A model generated the notes under the pieces. That model saw only the letters and a program-made list of their open reading frames with translations. It had not been told where the DNA came from and did not search any database. DNA of 63,842 bases, counting the filler, from Octopus bimaculoides (lineage: Eukaryota), in NCBI RefSeq assembly GCF_001194135.2. It is 5 parts of 5 records of this genome, joined end to end, with 100 filler letters (N's around TTAATTAATTAA, not from the genome) between each part and the next. Parts side by side here need not be neighbours in the genome. Positions count along the whole stretch, not along the records: positions 46,841 to 59,613 come from NC_068988.1; positions 59,714 to 63,842 come from NC_068989.1; 3 more parts are not named here. One strand, given 5' to 3'. The translations under genes were made by a program, and so were the position numbers. Shown piece after piece: positions 52,101 to 63,842 of this stretch; the first letter of the stretch is position 1, and each line of letters begins with the position of its first letter.

Positions 52101-53528
52101 TGCTTCTGTAACTTTGCTTGTTACAAGGTAGGAGTGTTGTGCTTGCATGTGTTTGCCTTATTGCATATATAAGAATTGTTGGATATCATGTGGGATGGTG
52201 TAGCCTACAGTATACTATTAAACAACTTTGACCATTCTTTAACTGTTTTAATTTCTAGGCGTACCATTGCTTCTTTCTTTACGCTACTCTTTACCCACCT
52301 CCTTCCAGCATCGTTCCTTGATCATCAACATGGTCTTACTTAAACCTCTTAATACTGACCCACAAGAGACAGCCTCTGGGTCTTTGACACAAATTTCTTG
52401 TTTTAAAGTGATCTAGATTAAAATCTTCCATAAAAATTTCATGTTAATTATTTTAAACACCAGGTTCACTGCTATGAAGTAACAGCTTCAAACCAATATC
52501 AATGACAAAAGAAAATATTGAAAATGGCTTGTGAATTTCTTTCATAGTTAAAACTAAAATATTTACTGCTATAAGAACATCTTTGCAAGGTAGAACTCTC
52601 TGGAAACAGTTAATCTGCATGTAGACAATAATAATTTTCTCTCTCTTCTCTTTTGATTACTAAACAACTAAGGTTCTATGAAGAATAAAAGAAAAAAAAT
52701 CTCAAAACACATTCCATGAATTTCTTTCAGACTGTAATTATTTTCCATCTAAAAACGAAATGTCTTGCTTTATAAAATGTTTAATTCGTATACCTCAGGT
52801 TATGTCATGCTGACAATTTCTAAATAAAAATGAAATGATACTATATATGGTTATCTATGACTAGAACTTTTAAGACCTTTATAATAAGAAAAGGAAAAAA
52901 AAAAGACAATAAATTAATAATGAATATTCTATGCATCTTGTTCTTTACCATTTTTACTGGCATGCAAGTCATTGTAGTATACAGTGTAAATGTAGAGTAA
53001 ACACTCAAATATTGTCACTGTCTTTCCAAACCCAGCTGTAATTCACATGGAGGTTTTGGTCCTCCAAAATTTGCCACCTGAAAAAGGCAAGTTGACTCCA
53101 CAGGCAACCTAACTTTGGCCTGAAAATTCAACTCACATGCTTCTAAATTCGAACTTCTAATCTCATCAAATATATGATGAGATGATTGTACTAAGTGGTC
53201 ACTAGAAGAACTTCACATGTTTGAATGACAAAGTTATTTTTCTAAATTCTTTATTATTTTCAAAATCAACGGAGACTCAGTTAGTGTATTTCAACAGAAA
53301 TAGACTAACAATAGAATTTAAGCTGTGAACCACTCCACTTTATCTGTCTCATTCATTATTTCCTCTCCATTCATTTATTTCAGACCCTGTCATACTTAAA
53401 CTACTTGTCTTCTGACTTTCATAATCTCCTTTCCATTCACCATTCACCATTTACCAGCAGCCTAAGGAGACAACCCCACCTTTCCTCAATCTCTTCCATA
53501 TTTTCAGATGAAGAGCAAGAACCTAGAG

Positions 53529-53833
53529 CAGTGGTTCCCAAAGTGGGCGATATTGCCCCCCTGTGAGTGGTAGAAATTTCCAAGAGGGCGCTGAAGTAAA
53601 GTGGGGTAATAACGGGATAGTAATTCATGTAAAATGTGGGGCAATAATGGGGTAGCGATTCACGCAAAAACAACAAAATAATGGGTTTGTTAGGTCAAGT
53701 TTTATTTGTGAAATGCAGTTGCAATGTTTCAGAAAGAGGTCTATGTTTGTGATGGTTACTTGTGGTGGGGGCTCTAGGAATGTGGCTCGGGTGTTAAGGG
53801 GGTGGCAGCCCCAGAAAAGTTTGGGAACCACTG
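53529..53833. mobile_element. hAT (Buster/Charlie-type) MITE
   Basis: Perfect 14-bp TIRs CAGTGGTTCCCAAA and TTTGGGAACCACTG; perfect 8-bp TSD ACCTAGAG at 53521-53528 and 53834-53841. Confidence 0.95.
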
Positions 53834-54267
53834 ACCTAGAGTATTAGATTCTTCACTCTATATAACAATTAGAACTTAATGAACTCATGTACAAGTATGA
53901 GGTGGTAATTATTCAGCTCCTATGATTACGACAGTCATTGCTGTGATTGAATTTAAATTCTGTGCTGGTTGTTTCTACATTTTTTGCCTGAACACTGATG
54001 AAACATCAAAACCCTTTCATGACAGAATTATCCTATGCAGACCTCTACCGCCAAGTAAGAGGAGAAATTTGTGGAAGGACTTCATTCTTCTGTTCTGTTA
54101 GCCCCTTTTTGCTCCATCTTAGCACATTAATCTAGCCATTATTGATAGCTATTAGTGATTATTTATAGGAAAGGTCAGATCAATTGATTGATTGATTGAT
54201 TGATTGATAACCAAGTAACACTGACATTCTCTTAAAATAGTTAATTCTTCCTTTCTCGCTTATGTGT

Positions 54268-54321
<54 letters not shown>

Positions 54322-54398
54322 AGTCTCTTTGTTTCTGTCATTTTCTTAGTCATTTTTCTATCTAGCATCTATCTTCTCAATTGCTCCCATTCTCCCTC

Positions 54399-54437
<39 letters not shown>

Positions 54438-54889
54438 TACACACGCATGCACACACATACACACTCACGCACACACACACATACACACTCACGCACACAC
54501 ACACATACACATACATACACACACGGACGCACATACACACACACACACGTACACATTCACACCCACACCCACACCCACACACCCACATATACTCACACAC
54601 GCATACACACTCACACACACACACACACACTACTTTTATACTACTCACATATCTACAAGCACACAAACATATTCCCATCAACCTACCTACCTCCCTACCT
54701 ACCTACACCATACCCTTTCCCCAATCTATCTCCATGCAACTCTCATATTGTCTTTGTCTCTGTTTCAATTGCTTAATTTCTTTATTTCTCCCCTATTTTC
54801 TCTCTCTCTAGCCACTAAGTTACTTTCTCTTTATCTATTACTGTCACTCTCTTTACCACTTATACTCTATCCCTCTCTCTCTGTACTCT

Positions 54890-55538
54890 CCTACTTACTC
54901 CATCCGTCTCTCTTTACTCTACCACTTACTCTCTCTCTCTCTCCCTCTCTCTTTACTCTACCACTTTCTCTCTCTTATCCCTCTCTCTTTACTCTACCAC
55001 TTACTCTCTCGCTCCCTCTCTCTTTCCCTATCCCTCTCTCTTTACTCTACCACTTACTCTATCTCTCTCTCTCTCTCTCTCTCTCCCTATCCCTCACTCT
55101 TTACTCTACCATTTACTCTCTCTCTCTCTCTCCCTCTCTCTTTACTCTACCACTTTCTCTCTCTTATCCCTCTCTCTTTACTCTACCACTTACTCTCTCT
55201 CTCTCTTTCTCTCTCTACCTCTCTCTTTCTCTCTCTCTCTATCCCTCTCTCTTTACTCTACCACTTACTCTCTCGCTCCCTCTCTCTCTCCCTATCCCTC
55301 TCTCTCTCCCTATCCCCCTCTCTCTCCCTATTCCTCTCTCTCTCCCTATCCCTCTCTCTCTCCCTATCCCTCTCTCTTTACTCTACCACTTACTCTCTAT
55401 CTCTCTCTCTCTCTCCCTATCTCTCACTCTTTACTCTACCACTTACTCTCTCTCTAACCCTATCCCTCTCTCTTTACTCTACCACTTACTCTCTCTCTCT
55501 TTATCCCTCTCTCTTTACTCTACCACTTACTCTCTCTA

Positions 55539-55572
<34 letters not shown>

Positions 55573-56392
55573 CCTCTCTCTTTCTCTCTCTATCCCTCTC
55601 TCTTTACTCTACCACTTACTCTCTCTCTCTCTCTCTCTCTCTCCCTCTATCCCTCTCTCTTTACTCTACCACTTACTCTCTCTCTCTCTCCCTATCCCTC
55701 TCTCTTTACTCTACCACTTACTCTATCTCTCTCTCTCTCTCTATCACTCTCACTTTACTCTACCACTTACTCTCTCTCTCTCTCTCCCTCTCTCGTTACT
55801 CTACCACTTACTCTCTCTCTCCCTATCCCTCTCTCTTTAATCTACCACTTACTCTCTCTCTCTCTCTCTTTACTCTACCACTTACTCTCAATCTCTCTCT
55901 CTATCCCCCTCTCTTTACTCTACCACTTACTCTCTCTCTCTCTCTCTCTCTCTCTCCCAATCCCTCTCTCTCTCTCTTTACTCTACCACTTACTCTCTCT
56001 CTCTCTCTATCCCTCTCTCTTTACTCTACCACTTACACTCTCTCTCTCCCTATCCCTCTCTCTTTACTCTACCACTTACTCTCTCTCTCTCTCCCTATCC
56101 CTCTCTCTTTACTCTACCACTTACTCTCTCTCTCTCCCTATCCCTCTCTCTTTACTCTACCACTTACTCTCTCTCTCTCTTCCTATTCCTCTCTCTTTAC
56201 TCTACCACTTACTTTCTCTCTCTCTCTCCCTCCCTATCCCTCTCTCTTTACTCTACCACTTACTCTCTCTCTCTCTCCCTCTCTCTTTACTCTACCACTT
56301 ACTCTCTCTCTCTCTCCCTATCCCTCTCTCTTTACTCTACCACTTACTCTCACTCTCTCTATCCCTCTCTCTTTACTCTACCACTTAGTCTC

Positions 56393-56425
<33 letters not shown>

Positions 56426-56930
56426 CTGTCTGTCTCTCTCTCTCTCTCTCTCTATCCCTCTCTCTCTCTCTATCCCTCTCTCTTTACTCTACCACTTACT
56501 CTCTCTCTTTCTTTTCCTTTCCCTCTCTCTTTACTCTACCATTTACCCTCTCATTCTCTCTCTCTCCCTTTCCCTCTCTCTTTACTCTACCACTTACTCT
56601 CTCTGTCCCTCTCTCTTTACTCTACCACTTACTCTCTCTCTCTCTATCCCCCTCTCTTTACTCTACCACTTACTCTTTCTCTCTCTCTCTATCCCTCTCT
56701 CTCTTTACTCTACCACTTACTCTCTCTCTCTCTCTCCCTCTCTCTTTACTCTACCACTTTCTCTCTCTCTCTCTCTCTCTATCCCTCTCTCTTTACTCTA
56801 CCACTTACTCTCTCTCTCCATCCCTCTCTCTTTACTCTACCACTTACTCTCTCTCTCTCTCTCCCTCTCTCTTTACTCTACCACTTACTCTCTCTCTCTC
56901 TCTCTATCCCTCTCTCTTTACTCTACCACT

Positions 56931-56965
<35 letters not shown>

Positions 56966-57010
56966 TCTCTTTACTCTACCACTTACTCTCTCTATCCCTC
57001 TCTCTTTACT
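54890..57010. repeat. Polypyrimidine minisatellite: constant CTCTTTACTCTACCACTTACTCT core with variable (CT)n/ATCCCT linkers
   Basis: The core recurs dozens of times (roughly 50, not exactly counted) at ~30-55-bp spacing. Confidence 0.95.
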
Positions 57011-57239
57011 CTCACACTGTCTACCTCTATCTTTGACTTAATTTATCTCATTCCTCCCTCTCACTGTTTGTAACATCAACCTGTCTTCCTCTGTCTCGCT
57101 TCATTTCTCCCTTACTCTCTTTTTATATGTCTCTATCTTTCCACCAACCTGTGTCTCTCTCTCTCAACTTATAACTGTCTTTCTCTTTTCGTTTTTCTCA
57201 CTCTCTGTTTTTGTCTTGATATTTCCAACAACCTGCATC

Positions 57240-58350
57240 TCTCTCTCTCTTATCTTATATGTCTCTCCTTCTCTCTCTACCTCTATCTATCAGTCTGTCA
57301 GTCTGTCTTTGTCTCTGTTTGTCTGTCTGTCTGTCTCTCTTCCTCTCTCTCTCTCTTCCTCTCTCTCTCTCTTCCTCTCTCTCTCTCTCTTCCCCTCTTC
57401 CTCTCTCTCTCTTCCTCTCTTCCTCTATCTCTCTTCCTCTCTTCCTCTCTTCCTCTCTTTCTCTCTCTCTCTTCCTCTCTCTCTCTTCTCTTCCTCTCTT
57501 CCGCTCTCTCTCTTCNNNNNNNNNNNNNNNNNNNNNNNNNNNNNNNNNNNNNNNNNNNNNNNNNNNNNNNNNNNNNNNNNNNNNNNNNNNNNNNNNNNNN
57601 NNNNNNNNNNNNNNNNNNNNNNNNNNNNNNNNNNNNNNNNNNNNNNNNNNNNNNNNNNNNNNNNNNNNNNNNNNNNNNNNNNNNNNNNNNNNNNNNNNNN
57701 NNNNNNNNNNNNNNNNNNNNNNNNNNNNNNNNNNNNNNNNNNNNNNNNNNNNNNNNNNNNNNNNNNNNNNNNNNNNNNNNNNNNNNNNNNNNNNNNNNNN
57801 NNNNNNNNNNNNNNNNNNNNNNNNNNNNNNNNNNNNNNNNNNNNNNNNNNNNNNNNNNNNNNNNNNNNNNNNNNNNNNNNNNNNNNNNNNNNNNNNNNNN
57901 NNNNNNNNNNNNNNNNNNNNNNNNNNNNNNNNNNNNNNNNNNNNNNNNNNNNNNNNNNNNNNNNNNNNNNNNNNNNNNNNNNNNNNNNNNNNNNNNNNNN
58001 NNNNNNNNNNNNNNNNNNNNNNNNNNNNTCCTCTCTCTCTCTTCCTCTCTCTCTCTTCCTCTCTCTCTCTTCCTCTCTCTCTCTTCCTCTCTCTCTCTTC
58101 CTCTCTCTCCTCCTCTCTCTCTCTTCCTCTCTCTCTCTTCCTCTATTCCCCTCTCTCTCTTCCTCTCTCTCTGTTTATATGTCTTAATCTCTCTATCTCT
58201 CTCTTTCAACCTATAACACACTCCCTTTCTCCATTTCTCTCTCACTCTTTGTTTATATGCCTCAATCTTTCCACCTCTTGTATCTCTCTCTCTCTTTCAA
58301 CTTATAATGCTTTCTCCCCGCTTTCCCCCCTCTCCCCCTCTCTCTCTCTT
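57240..58350. repeat. (CT)n/CTCTT compound microsatellite spanning a gap
   Basis: Visible directly in the sequence. Confidence 0.9.
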
Positions 58351-58748
58351 CATTAAGTCTATCAAGCTAATGGCAACTACAATGAAATGACCATCAACCA
58401 TGAAATGCCATACATCTTTCACTGAGAATGATAAATTCTCCTTAAGTCTAAAAATGAAAGGAAATTTCTGAATTTTGATCTATGGGTCACTTCCTGTTGC
58501 TAGTGACCCCATTCTGAGAGTTAATGATGTCATCGTTTAACTTAATAGCTTGAAATTCCCTGCCCCACTCAGCCCCCCCCCCTCCTTTACGTTGTCAAGA
58601 TTTTAATTAGTGATTTGAGTAAAGCCAAAACTTGAGTGAAGACTGCCAGGAAAGCTGAAGAAAGACTTGAAATATAAGCTTATCTAGAGTGCATGGCAGA
58701 CTTAGTGTTCTCAATCTCAAGTCCAGAGTGGAGTGAGTAAAACTGATT

Positions 58749-58890
58749 GAGTATGAGTGTAGGATTGATTGAGTATGAGTGTAAGATTGACTTTGAGTAT
58801 GAGTGTAAGATTGACTTTGAGTATGAGTGTAAGATTGACTTTGAGGATGAGTGTAAGATTGACTTTGAGTATGAGTGTAAGATTGACTTT
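58749..58890. repeat. 24-bp tandem repeat GAGTATGAGTGTAAGATTGACTTT
   Basis: Five full units at 58771-58890 (one substitution in unit 4) plus a degenerate 22-bp unit at 58749-58770. Confidence 0.95.
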
Positions 58891-59094
58891 GTAGTTGTTA
58901 GACATGGGTAAAAATTAAACAAAAATCTGACCAACACTTGAGTGCAAGAATTCAATGTGTTTCTATGATACTACAATACTGAAATTTATCAAGTTCTAGA
59001 TTAATGCTATCAATTACATTGACCTCTCTTTAATCAACATGCCTTTCTCTTCTCGAAGAAAATTATATAAGATTTGCATAATGTTTCCTGAGTC

Positions 59095-59195
59095 AGACAT
59101 TGAGTACAACAAAACAAAGGGGTTTGAACTCAATGTTAAGACAGACGATCATAATTCCAACACCCTAACCACTAAGCCATGCGCCTCCACCACTA
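59095..59195 (-). mobile_element. SINE family C head (degenerate)
   Basis: GGGTTTGAACTC...CCCTAACCACTAAGCCATGCGCCTCCAC. Confidence 0.6.
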
Positions 59196-59484
59196 GACAT
59201 GGTTAATGACAAAGATACCTGCTGTCTTACAGGCTTTTTTCTATTAAATGAAATCTCTCAAGTAATGTAAGTTAAAGATGTGGAATGATTGCTATGTCTG
59301 GAATATGGAGATTTCATCATGGAATTGATAGCAGAGGATGAGTTTAGTTCTGGCAGGTCAAATAGCTATAAATGTTGTAAATGTGTTTGGACATATACAT
59401 AGGTGTTAAAAAACAACAACAAAGCTTGATAATGATGGAAAAACAAACACGAAACATATAATATAAAATAATATATATATGCAT

Positions 59485-59546
<62 letters not shown>

Positions 59547-59713
59547 GGTGGTGGTGGTGAGGATGATGATGATGGTAGTAGTGGTGGTGGTGATGATAAC
59601 GAAGATGGTGGTGNNNNNNNNNNNNNNNNNNNNNNNNNNNNNNNNNNNNNNNNNNNNTTAATTAATTAANNNNNNNNNNNNNNNNNNNNNNNNNNNNNNN
59701 NNNNNNNNNNNNN

Positions 59714-59764
<51 letters not shown>

Positions 59765-60313
59765 TAGAGAGAGAGAGAGAGAAACAGTGGTGGTGTTGAT
59801 AACACTGGATAAAAAGGCGGCGTTGATGACACTGGATGGCTTGATGGTTTTGGTGGTGTTGGTAGCCCTGTATAGAAACAGAGCTCGGTAAAGAAGTAGT
59901 GGTTTTGGCATAGGTGGCGTTGCGTAAAGAAGTGGGCGTTGGTGGCTCTCGTGGTACTCGATAGAGCTGGTGTTGGCGATGCTAGACTCAGAAGTGGTGT
60001 CGGTGGCGTCGATGGTTTCGAGTAAGGCGGTGGTGTTGGTAGTGGTAAATAAAAGGATTAGCGATGGTAGGTATTTGTGGTTCTGAATAGTTATGTTGTG
60101 CCTGTGCTGCTGGATATTATATTTGAGTTGTTGTTCATGATGTTGGTTATGGCCTAACTGGCAATGTTGTTAGCAGTAGGTTTGCTTTTGAAGGTGAAGG
60201 CGGTGTGGGTTAGCGGGACACTTGACTCAATACTGGCTGGGAAATATGATTCACCCATCTCAAATTGGATCTCACAATGTTTAATGTTACATCAACATAC
60301 ATACAGATATACA

Positions 60314-60367
<54 letters not shown>

Positions 60368-61336
60368 NNNNNNNNNNNNNNNNNNNNNNNNNNNNNNNNN
60401 NNNNNNNNNNNNNNNNNNNNNNNNNNNNNNNNNNNNNNNNNNNNNNNNNNNNNNNNNNNNNNNNNNNNNNNNNNNNNNNNNNNNNNNNNNNNNNNNNNNN
60501 NNNNNNNNNNNNNNNNNNNNNNNNNNNNNNNNNNNNNNNNNNNNNNNNNNNNNNNNNNNNNNNNNNNNNNNNNNNNNNNNNNNNNNNNNNNNNNNNNNNN
60601 NNNNNNNNNNNNNNNNNNNNNNNNNNNNNNNNNNNNNNNNNNNNNNNNNNNNNNNNNNNNNNNNNNNNNNNNNNNNNNNNNNNNNNNNNNNNNNNNNNNN
60701 NNNNNNNNNNNNNNNNNNNNNNNNNNNNNNNNNNNNNNNNNNNNNNNNNNNNNNNNNNNNNNNNNNNNNNNNNNNNNNNNNNNNNNNNNNNNNNNNNNNN
60801 NNNNNNNNNNNNNNNNNNNNNNNNNNNNNNNNNNNNNNNNNNNNNNNNNNNNNNNNNNNNNNNNNNNNNNNNNNNNNNNNNNNNNNNNNNNNNNNNNNNN
60901 NNNNNNNNNNNNNNNNNNNNNNNNNNNNNNNNNNNNNNNNNNNNNNNNNNNNNNNNNNNNNNNNNNNNNNNNNNNNNNNNNNNNNNNNNNNNNNNNNNNN
61001 NNNNNNNATATATATATATATATATATATAGTGCAAGAGTGGTACAAACGGTAGAAATGAAGGCGAAAGGAGAAAGAGAGAAAGAAAAAAAGAAATAGAA
61101 CAGAAATAGAGAAGAAAGCGATTGGAAACGTGGGAGCAGGTTGGGACCAACTGCCTCCCACACATCATAATAGTAGTGAAGTTTAAGTGATGGATGATGT
61201 GGACCTCATTTAACTGTACACATTGACCATAATTCTCACTTGGCGTGAGGTTTCTTTGATTGCCGTCACATGATTTATTGTCCACTTATAGACTGCAGCA
61301 GCAGTAGTAATAGTAGTAATAACGATGATGATAATG

Positions 61337-61409
<73 letters not shown>

Positions 61410-61417
61410 CAATAATA

Positions 61418-61491
<74 letters not shown>

Positions 61492-61775
61492 ACTAAAAAC
61501 AACATAATAAAAATAAAAATATAGTAATGGTAATAATAATGATGATAATAATAAGATAAACAAGAAGAGGAACGAAAATATAAAAAAAGAGCAAGAGGAA
61601 GCAGATGAACTGAAAGTGAAAGTGAAAGTGAAAGAAGGAAAAACGAAAAAGTGTTTGTTGGCAGATTTTGCATAGTTTTGTTTTATGAAAATATGTCAGT
61701 GTTAATGTATTTAGGTATGTATACTCACACACACACACAGAGAAACGCACACACAGACACACACACACAGACACA

Positions 61776-61827
<52 letters not shown>

Positions 61828-62239
61828 CACACACAAACATCTATGTACACATTCGTCGATATATACCTACAGACAGGCACACGCACACAAACCAGTGCTT
61901 TACTTCATGATGTAATATCTATAACGCGCTATGTATATGTAATCGTTAATATATAACAATGGAATGAGATGTTATTCAGGTATATATTTACGCATTTGTT
62001 CCCGGTTTGAAGCAGACTTAATGCATATACGGCCTTGTATATGAGGTTGTCGATGAGTCTCCTTTTCACCAACGCTTCACGGAGGCCGCTAGTCTGGTAC
62101 CATATAATCCTAAAGATTTCCCGGCATCCGTCCTTGAGTTACATGAACTTTGTGGTAAGATGCTGTGTGCTGTTGAAACATAAGACTTTCCACTTTCTCT
62201 ATAACTTTCTCCAGTGCTTCATTGAAGAAACAGATAGCG

Positions 62240-62410
62240 AGGCTGTACAATTCTATATTGAAGAGATGGGGAATTATGTACATTATTTACATTATTTATG
62301 TTTGACTGATGTTTGTCCTCATCTTTTCGGCTGATATACCCTCCAGCCTTCATCAGATGTCTTTGGCAAATTTCGAACCTGGGTTCTCATTCCTTAGGTA
62401 TTTTCCGACG

Positions 62411-62415
<5 letters not shown>
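62240..62415 (-). mobile_element. Penelope-type pseudo-LTR (family B) with a deleted hammerhead
   Basis: Homologous to 25079-25325. Minus strand GACAT-CTGATGAA-GGCTG..CAGCC-GAAA-AGATGAGG lacks ~20 nt covering stem III and the 3' strand of stem I. Confidence 0.7.
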
Positions 62416-62483
<68 letters not shown>

Positions 62484-62544
62484 CATTATTATCATCATCA
62501 TCATCATCATCATCATCGTCATCATCATCATCATCATTATTATT

Positions 62545-62622
62545 CATGTCACTGCCTGGAATCGAACTCGGAATCTTGGGATTAGTAGCCCGCGCTCTTA
62601 ACCACTACACCATATGCCCGTG
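62545..62622 (-). mobile_element. SINE family C-like head
   Basis: CCTGGAATCGAACTCGGAATC...GCCCGCGCTCTTAACCACTACACC; tRNA-like A and B boxes on the minus strand. Confidence 0.6.
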
Positions 62623-63790
62623 GGCTGTAGTTAAATGGTTTACTAACAGAAAGTTTAGACTGTACATTCATCCAGTTCGATATAATGGAATTTTAACCAT
62701 TAACGTTTAAGAGAAAATGTTGGGTTTCTGGTCTACAAACAATAGCACAATACCCAATCATCAGCATGGAAGTACAATAATACCACGCTCTGTCCCCTCG
62801 ACGGTATGGGTCTTACGAAGGTACTTATAGTGCGACGATGACAATTGCAAATGGTCGATAGGACTCACAGAAAATAAATATGTATAAAATCAAATACACA
62901 CGGTATATGCTCCATTCTCCATTTCGACCGGGTTAGATGCAATTTCATCTCTCTAGTCTAATTGAAAAACGAAAGATTTGTGAATTATCAAAACGGTAGA
63001 GCTCCAGCATGACCACAGCTTTAAAGCTGAAACAGTTTAAAGAACTTTCAGGATTAAATATCTTTGAACAAGAGCGTGATTGAAACAGCAGCCCTATGTT
63101 TAAATTTACTTGAGAAATGCATCCGGAGCTTCATGCAAAACTGTAGCATCTTTACACAACATTTCAACGTGTTCGACAAGAAATGCAAAATATTGTTCAT
63201 ATGCAGACGTATGAACATGAGTAATGTGAAGGAAAAATTGAAGTCGATCTTCTACGCAAATAGTCACTATACACAGCAACTATACAATCGTTCCACCGGT
63301 AGATATAGCAGTCAAATCTTCTATAAATCACATTATGGCTTTTTATTTTTAAAAGGGGACACATTTGATAATGTAGTCCCTCATAATGTAGACGGTTGGG
63401 AAATCTTTGAAATTTAGGCCTACTTGATCAGGGCTAAGTCAGAGGTAAACAAATGCAAGAAGAGGAAGACGGAGGAGGAGGAGGAGGAGAAGAAAAAGAA
63501 GAAGAACAACAACTACAACGACGACAACAACAGCAACAACAAATACAGAAATCACATTTACGAAAAGAAGAAATTAATGCAATCACCACAGAACGTTGTC
63601 AGCGGCAAGTTCATGTCACGTGACACGGTGTTTAGTGTTTCCTGATTAAGCATTGGACGATTTCCCAATTACAGGCTTTGTTCAACGGAAACCGCTTTGA
63701 CAATCTCCGTTTGAATAAAACGCAATATGGCGGCCAAGGGTCCGGCAGTGAATGGCAATTTAATGAACAAATCTTAATAACTTCTACTGT

Positions 63791-63842
<52 letters not shown>

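Noticed and set aside
54262-56388. 708-aa Leu/Ser-rich ORF
   Set aside because: An artefact of a G-poor pyrimidine strand that rarely forms stop codons; the translation simply follows the minisatellite.
54890-57010. CRISPR-like repeat/spacer appearance
   Set aside because: The spacers are (CT)n slippage variants rather than unique sequence, there are no cas genes, and the context is eukaryotic.

Overview
AT-rich, microsatellite-dense, gap-riddled eukaryotic genomic DNA. The SINE families, TE content and N44-TTAATTAATTAA-N44 gap pads suggest an octopus draft assembly (inference). There is no prokaryotic content and no CRISPR. Most long ORFs in the track are microsatellite or N-gap artefacts. 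Main results: (1) a six-exon + strand gene assembled by hand (TATA+Inr at 36553-36586; coding exons 36598-36643, 38423-38455, 41456-41713, 42977-43204, 44831-44923, 45479-45675; all introns phase 1, GT-AG). It encodes a 284-aa secreted protein with three PAN/Apple-like modules and no catalytic domain, and a truncated duplicate of its PAN exon sits in intron 2. (2) Six minimal type-I hammerhead-ribozyme-like motifs from four sequence families, in a region with Penelope-like retroelement debris. One family has an atypical CUGUUGAA core and occurs as two identical 167-bp copies. (3) Many TE remnants: Penelope, CR1, RTE, L1/Tx1, Dong/R4, mariner, DD37D-like, DD41D, hAT/Buster, MITEs and three tRNA-SINE families. 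(4) A CpG-depleted block bounded by scaffold gaps (46841-59613) that contains a ~2.1-kb polypyrimidine minisatellite. All analysis was by eye, with no database searches. TE boundaries are approximate.
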